Positions 1 through 9,735 of a DNA stretch of 57,363 nucleotides are shown piece by piece. Under the pieces are notes generated by a model that was not told the origin of the DNA, did not search any database, and saw only the letters and a list, made by a program, of their open reading frames with translations. Source of the DNA: a virus (lineage: Duplodnaviria > Heunggongvirae > Uroviricota > Caudoviricetes); the IMG/VR virus record IMGVR_UViG_3300043466_002831, positions 1-57,363 of that record; one strand, 5' to 3'. Position numbers and translations under genes: made by a program. Within the stretch, counting starts at the first letter, position 1. Each line of letters opens with the position of its first letter.

Positions 1-1
1 T

Positions 2-145
2 ATTATTTGGGATTTGGTTGCAAAACGAGAACCACAGATTACTTGGCAATACACCAAGAACAATACCTTGAAAAAAGAGAATTTCGACCAAACAGATGCC
101 TATTGCGCGGCACTTGGTATGATGAAACTCAAAGAAATTTGGTAA
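2..145 (+). CDS. 5'-truncated gene; C-terminus resembles a RuvC-like Holliday junction resolvase
   Basis: Frame 2 reads IIWDLVAKREPQ...KENFDQTDAYCAALG...IW*; FDxxDA is the RuvC C-terminal acidic motif. Confidence 0.5.
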   Translation: MIWDLVAKREPQITWQYTKNNTLKKENFDQTDAYCAALGMMKLKEIW

Positions 146-169
146 ATTAAAATATTATCATTATCTTTG
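138..169 (+). promoter_or_regulatory. Bacteroidota-type -33/-7 promoter
   Basis: TTTG 138-141, 20-nt spacer, TATCTTTG 162-169; ATG at 174. Confidence 0.75.
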
Positions 170-173
170 TCGT

Positions 174-539
174 ATGAGACATGTGATAAATGATGATGAA
201 TCCAAAGGAATTAAGAAAGCAATCAAAAAGTTTTCGGGTGGCGACATATCATTTACAAATGGAACTTTAAGGGGTTCATTTAAAATTACAAACTTCAGAA
301 AATATCCCATGCATCATGAAATTGATGTTGAGTTCAAAGGCGAACTTTTTGGTAAGATAAATGTTCTTGAAGGTAAAAGATGGCAGTCATCTGACATTTA
401 TGGTCAAAAAAACATTTCCAAAATAAAAATTAATAAATTAATCAAAAAACACCTTTTAACCGAGGTTAGAAGTCATGCAGTTTATTTTGGTATTGAAATT
501 AAATGGATTGACAATATAAAAAAAATAACATGGATATAA
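174..539 (+). CDS. hypothetical protein
   Basis: 121-aa ORF directly after promoter. Confidence 0.8.
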   Translation: MRHVINDDESKGIKKAIKKFSGGDISFTNGTLRGSFKITNFRKYPMHHEIDVEFKGELFGKINVLEGKRWQSSDIYGQKNISKIKINKLIKKHLLTEVRSHAVYFGIEIKWIDNIKKITWI

Positions 540-694
540 TTTTAATTATTTGGACACTAATGATGTCCTTAGCGGTAGTATTTGTAATCATTGAATACAT
601 TGTAGGTTCAAAATTGAAAGACGGTAATCGTTTCAAAAATTGGTGGAGAAAAAATGTTATTGGTTTTTGGAATAGTAATCACCCACGTGTGTAG
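530..694 (+). CDS. small membrane protein (54 aa, not in ORF track)
   Basis: MDIILIIWTLMMSLAVVFVIIEYIVG...HPRV*; one TM helix, overlaps upstream stop. Confidence 0.6.
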   Translation: MDIILIIWTLMMSLAVVFVIIEYIVGSKLKDGNRFKNWWRKNVIGFWNSNHPRV

Positions 695-725
695 TTAAAA
701 CCAAAAAATTTACTATATTTAGTGT

Positions 726-1640
726 ATGTCAGATGAGGTAGAGGTTTTAGTGGAATTGTTAAGAGATGTGTTGGGTCATGAGAAACAACACTACGAGTCA
801 AAAGGTCAAATATCTTTTGACTGTCCTGTCTGTGCTGACGAGAAAGGACTTGACGGTGGAGATGGAAAAGGAAACCTTGAAATCAACTATTCAAAACACG
901 TATACAAGTGTTGGTCTTGTGGTGAGACATACGGTACTCAAGGACCATTAGGGAGATTATTTGATAAACACGCAACCAAAGCCCAAAAGAAAGTATACAA
1001 CCTCATCAAACCTGAGGAATTAAAACAACAAGATGCAAAGAAACCAAAGTTAAAATTACCTGAAGGTTACACGACCTTTGAAGATTCTAACGCAAGATTC
1101 ATTCCACATATCGAAGCTATGAATTACCTCAAGTCAAGAGGTATCACGGATGAAATAATCAAGAAATATAAGATAGGATATACCGTTAGTGGTGACTTCG
1201 CTTATCGAATCATCGTCCCATCATTCAACAAAGAAGGAACGTTAAATTACTTTGTTGCAAGGGCTTGGGTATCAAAGAAGATGAAGTATAAAAATCCATC
1301 AGTACCAAAAGATGAAATCATATTCAACGAAGGGTTGATTGATTGGTCAAAAGACGTTTATTTGGTTGAGGGGGCATTTGACGGATTCTTTCTAGAGAAC
1401 TCAATCGTGATGTTAGGTAAGAAGATGAGTAAGTTATTATTTGAAACCTTATACAACAATGCCAAAGGTAATGTGATTATATGTGTGGATGGTGATGCGT
1501 GGAAGGATGGATTAAAACTTTATCATGAATTAAATGGTGGAGTGTTGTATAATAAAATAAAAATCATTAAATTGCCGATGGATAAGGATATCTGTGATTT
1601 AAGAGGACAAATAAATGAATACTACTATGAGATTAAATGA
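726..1640 (+). CDS. DNA primase (Zn-binding domain + TOPRIM)
   Basis: CPVC...CWSC zinc motif; LVEGAFD and CVDGDA TOPRIM motifs. Confidence 0.9.
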   Translation: MSDEVEVLVELLRDVLGHEKQHYESKGQISFDCPVCADEKGLDGGDGKGNLEINYSKHVYKCWSCGETYGTQGPLGRLFDKHATKAQKKVYNLIKPEELKQQDAKKPKLKLPEGYTTFEDSNARFIPHIEAMNYLKSRGITDEIIKKYKIGYTVSGDFAYRIIVPSFNKEGTLNYFVARAWVSKKMKYKNPSVPKDEIIFNEGLIDWSKDVYLVEGAFDGFFLENSIVMLGKKMSKLLFETLYNNAKGNVIICVDGDAWKDGLKLYHELNGGVLYNKIKIIKLPMDKDICDLRGQINEYYYEIK

Positions 1641-2469
1641 TGTTGCTAAAGAAATAAGAGAGATTATTTCACAAAAACAATCAGAACTTGGTTTGACGTT
1701 TGAAGAGGCAGACCACAAATATACAATGAACGGGAGAACTGATTACCCGTCAGTGTCCAAAGTATTGAAAAAATTCTACACAGAATTTGCAACAGAAGAA
1801 GTTTCTTATAAAGTTGCGAAAGGTGACCCAATTAAACAACAAGAGTTGATAGCTGAATGGGCAGCGGCTGGTGATTACTCTACCAATATGGGTAGTCGTG
1901 TTCACTTTGTTTTAGAGAGTGAGGTTATCAAAAAACACGGAAGTTATAAAGAGGTTAGACAACCTGAATTTGAATGTGACTTAACACAAATCATGAAGGG
2001 TGATAACATGATTGTTGCTGGTAAAAAATACCTTAACCTTATGGAAGAACGAGGGGCAGTATTACTTGATACTGAGATGGTTTTGGGTCATCCTGAACTT
2101 GGTTATACAGGTCAACCCGATAAAGTATGGTTGATGATGAACCGTGAGAAAACTGAGTTTGGTATTGTGATTACCGATTGGAAAACAAACAAACCAAAGA
2201 ACTTTACTGTAACAAATTTCACTAAGAAAATGTTACATCCATTCGACGATTATCATGACACTGCTTTGGGTCACTACTATGTCCAACTACCACTTTACGG
2301 TAAGTTATTATTGAAGATGTTGGAGGGTAGTAAGTATGGTAATATTAAACTTTATGGTTGTGTGATTTCCCATCTAAAAGAAGATTCATTATATGATGAA
2401 TACAAAGTTCCTCAAAACATTATTAATATTGTTATGGATATGGATGTCAATCAATATTTGACAAAATAA
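1615..2469 (+). CDS. PD-(D/E)xK (RecB/Cas4-like) exonuclease
   Basis: GSRVH, GQPD, ITDWKT, QLxLY motifs. Confidence 0.8.
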   Translation: MNTTMRLNDVAKEIREIISQKQSELGLTFEEADHKYTMNGRTDYPSVSKVLKKFYTEFATEEVSYKVAKGDPIKQQELIAEWAAAGDYSTNMGSRVHFVLESEVIKKHGSYKEVRQPEFECDLTQIMKGDNMIVAGKKYLNLMEERGAVLLDTEMVLGHPELGYTGQPDKVWLMMNREKTEFGIVITDWKTNKPKNFTVTNFTKKMLHPFDDYHDTALGHYYVQLPLYGKLLLKMLEGSKYGNIKLYGCVISHLKEDSLYDEYKVPQNIINIVMDMDVNQYLTK

Positions 2470-2501
2470 CCTTAATTGATTAAACTTATAAAAAAACAAA
2501 T

Positions 2502-2744
2502 ATGAGCGATTTAACACCAAAAGTTAATTTAAGAGATAGTGAAACTATCAAATGTGAGAAATGTGAAAGCATCTACTTCCGTGAGGTGATTTACATTAAG
2601 AAAGTATCTAAATTGTTGACAGGTTCTGCTGAAGATACCATCGTACCTTTCCCAATTTATAAATGTGATTCTTGTGGACACGTAAATAAAGGATTCAACC
2701 CTTTTGACGACGCAGAACAACCAAAGATTACATTGAATGATTAA
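2502..2744 (+). CDS. small zinc-ribbon protein
   Basis: CEKC...CDSCGH. Confidence 0.75.
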   Translation: MSDLTPKVNLRDSETIKCEKCESIYFREVIYIKKVSKLLTGSAEDTIVPFPIYKCDSCGHVNKGFNPFDDAEQPKITLND

Positions 2745-3516
2745 TAGATTAGTTCACTTTTCTGACCTACACGTCAGATTATTTAAGGACCATGATTTAT
2801 ATCGTGGTATACTACAAACAGCATTAAAGGAGTGGGAAACATTACGACCAGACCGTATTGTTTTCACAGGAGATTTGGTTCACTCAAAAAATCAGATGAC
2901 ACCCGAATTAGTTGAATTCGTTGCTTGGGTTTTATCTGAATGTGCTAAAATTGCCAAAACTATAGTTATCATTGGGAACCACGACTTCCTTGAAAACAAC
3001 AACACAAGGTTGGACGCTCTCACTCCTATTATTGATTCATTGAAGAATGACCAAATTGTTTATCTTAAAAACCGTGGGGTTTATGAGGATGACAACATTA
3101 ACTGGTGTGTATATTCATTAATGGACCATAACATTCCACCTGACATTCAAAAGTCAGATAAGACAAACATTGGATTATTCCACGGACCTATCCAAGGTTT
3201 ATATACCGATATTGGATATAAGTTTGAAGATGGATTTGACGTAGATAAGTTTAATGGGTGTGACTTGGTATTGTGTGGAGATATTCACAAACGACAAGTG
3301 TTCGACATCCCTGGTAAAAAGAAAGCCTACATGATTGGTTCAACTATTCAACAAAACTTTGGTGAGAAGATTACCAAACACGGTTATGGTGTGTACGATG
3401 TTGAGAAAGATGAGTATGACTTTGTTGATTTACCAAATCCAAAACCATTTTTGGCGTTCCGTATTAACTCAATTGACGACCTTGTCAATGGAGCTGAAAA
3501 ATTAATGAACTACTAA
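2737..3516 (+). CDS. metallophosphoesterase nuclease, SbcD/Mre11/T4 gp47-like
   Basis: DLH, GD, GNHD, HG, GDIH motifs; gp46-like gene nearby. Confidence 0.9.
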   Translation: MINRLVHFSDLHVRLFKDHDLYRGILQTALKEWETLRPDRIVFTGDLVHSKNQMTPELVEFVAWVLSECAKIAKTIVIIGNHDFLENNNTRLDALTPIIDSLKNDQIVYLKNRGVYEDDNINWCVYSLMDHNIPPDIQKSDKTNIGLFHGPIQGLYTDIGYKFEDGFDVDKFNGCDLVLCGDIHKRQVFDIPGKKKAYMIGSTIQQNFGEKITKHGYGVYDVEKDEYDFVDLPNPKPFLAFRINSIDDLVNGAEKLMNY

Positions 3517-4340
3517 TGGATATCACCTTCCAACTTGACTCAGGTCAGTATAAAGATTTGACACGATATTGTGAACTAAATAAGTTAGTTCCTGAAGATA
3601 TTGTGAAGAAATCTTATTTGGAAGGGTTTATGATTGAAAAGTATGGATTATTGGGAAAAACGGTTAATGAAGGTGAAAAACACTTAATAAAGGAGGTTAT
3701 TGTTGAAAAACGGGTGGAAATACCTGTTGAGGTTATCAAAGAAGTTGTTAAGGTAGAATACGTTGAGGTCCCTGTTGAAGTAATCAAGGAAGTAACTGTT
3801 GAAAAATTGGTTGAGGTCATCAAAGAGGTACCTGTTGATAAAGTGGTTATTAAGGAAATTATCAAAGAGGTTCCTGTCGAAAAAATTGTAACAATTTACG
3901 ACAACAGTAGTGAGAATGAACTGTTGTTAAAAATACAACAGTTGGAGCAAGAATTTTCCACTAAAACTACCGAAATAGGTACAATTAAACAAGAATTTTC
4001 CACTATAACGACAGAAAACGAAAATATTTTCCACTATAAAATGTCTAAGAAGGATGAAGAACTAGATGAACTTAGACGAACTTTAGATGAACATTTAGCC
4101 AAACCACCAGTCGAAAAGATAGTGGAAGTGGTCGTAGAGAAGGAGACAACGGACAATTCATCAAAGTCTAAACTTGACGCATTACAAAACACTTTAGCTA
4201 AAGTTAGACAAGAAACTTTGGAGAAAGACAAAAAAATAAAAGAATTGGAACAAACGATTCAAGAGATTCAAAAGTTCCAAGACAATAAACAAGCCGTCTA
4301 CTTAAAGGGGTCAAACCTGGACGATAAATTATACAAATAA
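3516..4340 (+). CDS. VEVP/VIKE-repeat coiled-coil protein
   Basis: repeated E(I/V)PVEVIKEV / EKIVEV units, then heptad coiled coil. Confidence 0.8.
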   Translation: MDITFQLDSGQYKDLTRYCELNKLVPEDIVKKSYLEGFMIEKYGLLGKTVNEGEKHLIKEVIVEKRVEIPVEVIKEVVKVEYVEVPVEVIKEVTVEKLVEVIKEVPVDKVVIKEIIKEVPVEKIVTIYDNSSENELLLKIQQLEQEFSTKTTEIGTIKQEFSTITTENENIFHYKMSKKDEELDELRRTLDEHLAKPPVEKIVEVVVEKETTDNSSKSKLDALQNTLAKVRQETLEKDKKIKELEQTIQEIQKFQDNKQAVYLKGSNLDDKLYK

Positions 4341-4348
4341 AAAGAAAT

Positions 4349-4522
4349 ATGATAACACAAGAAATTTTAGACACATTTATCTTCGATACAATCGGAGGGG
4401 AAAAATTTGGGGTTAACGACCCACTTACTCATGATGAGATAATCGGTTATTATCCAACAAAGGAAGAGGCCGAAGAAGCCTTTAAACAATATGTTGAAAA
4501 AGAAGGAATAATTTTCGAATAA
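4349..4522 (+). CDS. hypothetical protein (57 aa, not in track)
   Basis: MITQEILDTF...EGIIFE* fills the gap between genes. Confidence 0.65.
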   Translation: MITQEILDTFIFDTIGGEKFGVNDPLTHDEIIGYYPTKEEAEEAFKQYVEKEGIIFE

Positions 4523-4525
4523 GAT

Positions 4526-4879
4526 ATGGTACAACTATTATTATGGATGGTAATGGCTTACGGGTTAAGCAACATCTTAGTTTACGGTTCAATCTTCAAC
4601 GGACCAAGAAATTTCATTTTCAACCAAGCCGACCACGGGTTTAGAATTTTCACAGGATTTTTTAAATTCCTTAAAGGAATGTTATCTTGTATGATGTGTA
4701 CACCTGTTTGGGTTGGATTTTTCTTCGGAATTTTCTTATATTCACCTGTACACGAAATGCTCGAAGTTCACAAGTATTACTCATGGTTCTTTGATGGCAT
4801 GTTAGCTTCAGGAGCAGTATGGGCAATCAACGCAATTATCGAGTGGTTCGAAGTGAATCGACCATCACCTAATCATTAA
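4526..4879 (+). CDS. membrane protein, DUF1360-like
   Basis: hydrophobic segments with CMMCTPVW (CxxC-xx-W) motif. Confidence 0.6.
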   Translation: MVQLLLWMVMAYGLSNILVYGSIFNGPRNFIFNQADHGFRIFTGFFKFLKGMLSCMMCTPVWVGFFFGIFLYSPVHEMLEVHKYYSWFFDGMLASGAVWAINAIIEWFEVNRPSPNH

Positions 4880-4894
4880 TTAAAAACAAAACAA

Positions 4895-5065
4895 ATGGGA
4901 AAAAAAGACAAAGAACACCGTAAGAAAGTTCAAGCGAGAAATCAAAAATTAAAAGCGGCTGACAGTGCAATGCAAAAATTATTCCAAGAGTCAATGAAAA
5001 GACAACTTGCGGAATTAACAAAACAACGTGAGGCAGAAATGTCAGGAGACACACAAAACCAATAA
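4895..5065 (+). CDS. basic helical hypothetical protein (56 aa, not in track)
   Basis: MGKKDKEHRKKVQARNQKLK...QNQ*; stop abuts next ATG. Confidence 0.65.
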   Translation: MGKKDKEHRKKVQARNQKLKAADSAMQKLFQESMKRQLAELTKQREAEMSGDTQNQ

Positions 5066-5066
5066 A

Positions 5067-7445
5067 ATGAAATGGGATTTATTCAATCCACAACCAGAAT
5101 TTAATTACAAAACAATGTCAACAAAGTTAGACGTAGAATCGTTGGAGAATCCTTATATTCAAGTGGTATGGGAAGACACACCAGAAAACTTCACACAAGA
5201 AAGAATTAAATCGGTTAAGCAATATTTTCAAAAGAAATATAACTCAACCAACATTAATGTCATCTCAAAGGTTAAGACCACAGAAGACACACAACAAACG
5301 ATTGATGTGTCAGTTAACATCATGGATAAGAACTACCAAAGAGAACTTATCAAGTCAATGTTGGAATCCAAAGGTCAAGAACAATATTACGAACAAGTAA
5401 TGGGAATTGATTCTGCGGTTGAGAATAGATTGACTGCCAACGATGTTGAAGTTACAGCATTTAAGAAATGGCACATCAAGAAGATTGAATTCAGTAACTT
5501 CTTATCTTATGGTGAGAACCAAGTTATTGACTTCGACCAATGTAATGGTATTACCGTGGTTGAATCAGACCCACCAAACTTTGGAGGTAAGACCGTATTA
5601 ACGGTAGACTTATTATTGTTCTTGTTCTTCAACACAACAACAAAGACACAGAAGGCCGAAGAAATCTTTAATCGATTTACCGATAAAAACACGGTAGTTG
5701 TTAAAGGTGACATTATCATTGACGGTGAGGAGTACATCATCGCCCGTAAGATTGAAAGAAAGAAATCTAAAGCTGGCGAATGGAATGTTAAAACTGAGTT
5801 AGAGTTCTTCAAGAAACTTGCTGACGGACAACTTCAAAACTTTACAGGTGAACAACGTAGAGAGACCGAGAACTTCATGAAAACATCTATCGGTAGTATG
5901 GATGACTTCTTGATGACAATCGTAACAACTGCGTCAAACCTTGAAGATTTATTGGAAGCAAAACCAACAGCCCGTGGTCAAGTATTAAGTAGATTCTTGG
6001 GTCTTGAGTTCTTGAAAAAGAAAGAAGAAACTGGTAAAGAAATCTATTCTGAGTTCTCAAAGGGGATGTTATCAAATGTATATAACACAGAGTCTTTGAA
6101 ACAAGACAATGATAGTTCATCGGAACAAATCCAAACACTTAAAACTCAGATTGAAGAGTCTGAAACAAAAGTTAAAGATGTTGACTTGAGATTACAGAAA
6201 GGTCAGGAGTACAAAGACAATTTATTGAAGTCAAAATATTCTGACATCGACCAAGAACTTATTGTCTTAAACCCACTTAAACTACAATCAGACATCACAG
6301 ACTTTGATGGTTCTTGCGAAAGACTTAGAGGTCAAATCAAAGAGGTTAAGATTGTTGAACCAAAAGAGTTTTATCATGAAGACAAACATGATGAGATTAA
6401 AGAAGGGATGAAAACCACAAACGGTGAACTTATCCTCGCTCAGAACAAAGTCGAAGAGATTGAACAATTGGTTAAAAAGTTTGGGGACGGTATTCAATGT
6501 GAACACTGTGGAATCAAATTGATGGAAGCGGCACTCACAAAGAAAAAGATTGATGAGTTGGGTGATTGGGAGAAAAAGGTTGACACCTTATCCAAAAAAT
6601 GGAAAGACCTTGATTACAAAGAGAAAACGTACACCCAACTTAAGAAAGACTTTGACGAATATGAAAAAAACAAACTTATCAAAGAGAAGTATGAAGTTCA
6701 ATTGGAGTCAGGTGAATTAAAACTTCAACAAGCAAAAGACAAACTTAAACGATACGAAGAGGTTCAAGATAAGATTAAGAAGAACAATGAGATTGATGCT
6801 CAGTTGGTGAAGGCTGGTTTACGTATTGATGAATTGATTAACGAGAAACGTAGTTATGAACGAATTCAAACCACAAACCACACTCAAATCGAAAACCTTC
6901 AAGCTCGTATTGAAAAGAACAATGGTTTCATCTTGAAAATTGCCGAGGAGTTTGAACGTGAAAAGATTTACAAGATGTATGTTGATGTGTTCGGTAAGAA
7001 TGGTATCACCAAAATGATTATGAGAACCATGATGCCGTTGATTAACTCTGAACTTCAACGATTACTTCAGGACTCATGTTACTTCAACTTGGAGATTCGT
7101 ATTAATGAAAAGAATGAAGTTGAATTCATGATGATTGATAACTCAACTGGTATTGAAAAACTGATGGTATCGGGTTCGGGTTATGAAAGAACCATCGCGG
7201 CTATGGCATTGAGAGCGGTACTATCAAAAGTATGTTCACTTCCAAAACCAAACATTATTGTATGGGATGAGGTCTTTGGAAAGATTTCAAACGATAACTT
7301 AGAAATGGTTGGGGAGTTCTTTACCAAGATGAAGGAATATTTTGAGAAGATATTTGTCATCACTCACAACCCGTTGGTGAATAACTGGTCAAACAACGTG
7401 GTCAAGATTACCAAGACCGACAATATTTCAAAAGTCTCACAGTAA
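5067..7445 (+). CDS. SbcC/Rad50/T4 gp46-like recombination ATPase
   Basis: Walker A variant PPNFGGKT, CEHC zinc hook inside coiled coil, signature SGSGYE, Walker B IVWDE, ITH; start moved to 5067. Confidence 0.92.
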   Translation: MKWDLFNPQPEFNYKTMSTKLDVESLENPYIQVVWEDTPENFTQERIKSVKQYFQKKYNSTNINVISKVKTTEDTQQTIDVSVNIMDKNYQRELIKSMLESKGQEQYYEQVMGIDSAVENRLTANDVEVTAFKKWHIKKIEFSNFLSYGENQVIDFDQCNGITVVESDPPNFGGKTVLTVDLLLFLFFNTTTKTQKAEEIFNRFTDKNTVVVKGDIIIDGEEYIIARKIERKKSKAGEWNVKTELEFFKKLADGQLQNFTGEQRRETENFMKTSIGSMDDFLMTIVTTASNLEDLLEAKPTARGQVLSRFLGLEFLKKKEETGKEIYSEFSKGMLSNVYNTESLKQDNDSSSEQIQTLKTQIEESETKVKDVDLRLQKGQEYKDNLLKSKYSDIDQELIVLNPLKLQSDITDFDGSCERLRGQIKEVKIVEPKEFYHEDKHDEIKEGMKTTNGELILAQNKVEEIEQLVKKFGDGIQCEHCGIKLMEAALTKKKIDELGDWEKKVDTLSKKWKDLDYKEKTYTQLKKDFDEYEKNKLIKEKYEVQLESGELKLQQAKDKLKRYEEVQDKIKKNNEIDAQLVKAGLRIDELINEKRSYERIQTTNHTQIENLQARIEKNNGFILKIAEEFEREKIYKMYVDVFGKNGITKMIMRTMMPLINSELQRLLQDSCYFNLEIRINEKNEVEFMMIDNSTGIEKLMVSGSGYERTIAAMALRAVLSKVCSLPKPNIIVWDEVFGKISNDNLEMVGEFFTKMKEYFEKIFVITHNPLVNNWSNNVVKITKTDNISKVSQ

Positions 7446-7462
7446 TGTGGGGCTTTTTTTTT
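7433..7462 (+). terminator. intrinsic terminator
   Basis: AGTCTCACA-GTAA-TGTGGGGCT then T-run. Confidence 0.7.
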
Positions 7463-7509
7463 GACTTCATAATTTTTTTATCCTACCTTTACTTGATTAA
7501 ACCTGTATA

Positions 7510-8037
7510 ATGAAAGAATTATGTTTTAACAAGAAGGGAGTGAATTATACACCCCTCCAATATTGGACAACTGATAAGGACACCAAAGTTGCTATTTATC
7601 AAGGTAGTCGTGGGGAGAACCCTGACCTTGATTTTATTGTCAAATACAAAGAGAAGGGTAAGAGACTACGTACACCTTCACATACTCATTGGATTGTTGA
7701 TTTGTTGGTTAAGGCTGAATACAATAAGAACTTATTGTCGTCGTATGTGAGCGACTTAATTAACGTGTATGATGGAACAACACCATTCAATAGTGTTGAG
7801 GAACGTGATAGATATGAGTTAACCCATATGAATGACATGGAGGATAAGTATTGGTTATTGAACGGACACGGATATTATAGTGTAAAGACATTAACCTCGT
7901 TGGTTGAGTTGTTCTCCAAGTGTGAGAAACAATCCACAGGTGCTTTTATGTTCAAGACACTACTTGAACTGGTGAAGGACTACTGTGATGGTAAAAAAGA
8001 TTTTTACCAAATTGTTGGGTATTCTAAGCGAGTTTAA
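7510..8037 (+). CDS. hypothetical protein
   Basis: 175-aa ORF; no family recognised. Confidence 0.75.
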   Translation: MKELCFNKKGVNYTPLQYWTTDKDTKVAIYQGSRGENPDLDFIVKYKEKGKRLRTPSHTHWIVDLLVKAEYNKNLLSSYVSDLINVYDGTTPFNSVEERDRYELTHMNDMEDKYWLLNGHGYYSVKTLTSLVELFSKCEKQSTGAFMFKTLLELVKDYCDGKKDFYQIVGYSKRV

Positions 8038-8070
8038 ATAAATAACCTTATCTTTGTCAAAACAAAATAT

Positions 8071-8586
8071 ATGAAGAAATACTTATTGACCATTTTCGGT
8101 AAATTTGAGGAGAAAGATTGTATAACAATTGCAAACAATCTACAACCGATTGTTGATTCTCAAAACCTAAAGTTTCAGTATCGTGATAATGTAATCATTT
8201 TACACTTTGGTTCTGAGTACTTACTTGATGATATCCATGAGTTCATTAAGATGACTGATGATGTTGAAGAAACGTTTGACATGTTTATCTTGTCTGAGTT
8301 TAATGACACCGTATCAGTTCACATGACTGATGGTATGGACGAACATTTATTCAATTTGGATGTAGAGACTGAGAACATCGACATGGTTAAAGTTACACCA
8401 AAAGGTAAGTTTGAGTATTATGATGATGACGACACTGATGACATTGCGTTGATGTTGTTGAATGAAATCAAGAAAAACTTAAATACTCCATCTTTGGACC
8501 AACTATTGGACAAGGTGGTGGAACACGGAGTTGATTCGCTTACTCCTTATGAAAAAGCAACATTAGATAACTATAGCCAGAAATAA
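8071..8586 (+). CDS. hypothetical protein with C-terminal DUF6576-like helix
   Basis: LDQLLDKVVEHGVDSLTPYEKATL; upstream TATCTTTG 8049-8056. Confidence 0.65.
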   Translation: MKKYLLTIFGKFEEKDCITIANNLQPIVDSQNLKFQYRDNVIILHFGSEYLLDDIHEFIKMTDDVEETFDMFILSEFNDTVSVHMTDGMDEHLFNLDVETENIDMVKVTPKGKFEYYDDDDTDDIALMLLNEIKKNLNTPSLDQLLDKVVEHGVDSLTPYEKATLDNYSQK

Positions 8587-8587
8587 T

Positions 8588-9385
8588 ATGAAAGAAAAAT
8601 CATCAATTCCAATTAACCAAGAAGAGATTGCGGGATATCTCAAGGACATTCGTAGAATCCGAGTTATGACACCTGATAGGGAGAGAGAACTGGCAAAACA
8701 GATGTTATCTCCTGATGTGACAGAACGAGAGAAGAAAGAGATTCAACAGGAGTTGTTGGAAGGTAACCTTCGTTTTGTCATCACGGTGAGTAAACAATAC
8801 CAGAATCAAGGATTGGATTTATCTGACTTGATTGCTGAAGGGAACTATGGTCTTATGAAGGCTATCGAAAACTTTGATTGGACCAAAGGATTAAGATTCA
8901 TCTCTTATGCTGTATGGTGGGTTCGTCAATCAATCTTGCAATCGTTGAACGAGAATGCAAGAACCATTCGTCTCCCTGTTAATGTGGTTCAAGAATTGCA
9001 TCGAGCGAAGAAGGAGTTGGACTCAGCGGGAGTTGAATTACCTGAGAAATTTGCAACCTTACCTTATACCATTAACTTGGACAATCCATTAAATGAAGAA
9101 GGTGACACCCTATTGGATATCTTGAATAATCCAAATGCGGAATTAGCTGATGCTAATCTATCAACTGAGGACACCTTGAAGAAGAAACTCCTCGAAATGT
9201 TGGACGTGTTGGACAATCGTGAACGAGTAATCATTGAAGATTATTTTGGATTGACAGGTAATACCAGGACATTGGAAGATATTGGTGGTGACTTTTCATT
9301 AACCAAAGAAAGGGTTCGACAAATCAAGGAGAAGGCTCTACGAAAGTTAAGAAACGAAACGTCAAGTTTGTTTGATTATATGTAA
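8588..9385 (+). CDS. RNA polymerase sigma-70 family factor (RpoD-like, no region 1.1)
   Basis: NLRFV, DLIAEGNYGL, FISYAVWWVRQ (region 2); TLEDIG...LTKERVRQIKEKALRKLR (region 4). Confidence 0.95.
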   Translation: MKEKSSIPINQEEIAGYLKDIRRIRVMTPDRERELAKQMLSPDVTEREKKEIQQELLEGNLRFVITVSKQYQNQGLDLSDLIAEGNYGLMKAIENFDWTKGLRFISYAVWWVRQSILQSLNENARTIRLPVNVVQELHRAKKELDSAGVELPEKFATLPYTINLDNPLNEEGDTLLDILNNPNAELADANLSTEDTLKKKLLEMLDVLDNRERVIIEDYFGLTGNTRTLEDIGGDFSLTKERVRQIKEKALRKLRNETSSLFDYM

Positions 9386-9452
9386 AACTAAATAAAGGGT
9401 GTATTTATAAGATACACCTTTTATATTAAACTTAAAACAAAAACAAAAAAAT

Positions 9453-9734
9453 ATGAAAAAATTTGTAGAGAAAAACTTTGTGATTATCGTATTGGTAATT
9501 GCATTACTGTCCTTTTTTAAGGGATGTGGTGATGGTAGAGAACTTGCTAAAATTAGAAAAGAAGTTGAGGCAATCAAAGATTCGACTTATACTAAACAAG
9601 AATTAAACGTTGAACTTCAAATCATGGGATTGGAATCAGAAAAAAGAATGATTCAGGCAACCGACAGAAAATTGTTGGATGTTCAAAGACAAACTCAAAT
9701 TGAAGAAGAAATCAAAAAATTAAAATCTAAATAA
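9453..9734 (+). CDS. membrane/lipoprotein-like coiled-coil protein
   Basis: N-terminal hydrophobic stretch ending FKGC. Confidence 0.6.
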   Translation: MKKFVEKNFVIIVLVIALLSFFKGCGDGRELAKIRKEVEAIKDSTYTKQELNVELQIMGLESEKRMIQATDRKLLDVQRQTQIEEEIKKLKSK

Positions 9735-9735
9735 T

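Noticed and set aside
1615-2469. Cas4 as part of a CRISPR system
   Set aside because: No cas1/cas2 or array; the context is a replication module, so a phage exonuclease is more likely
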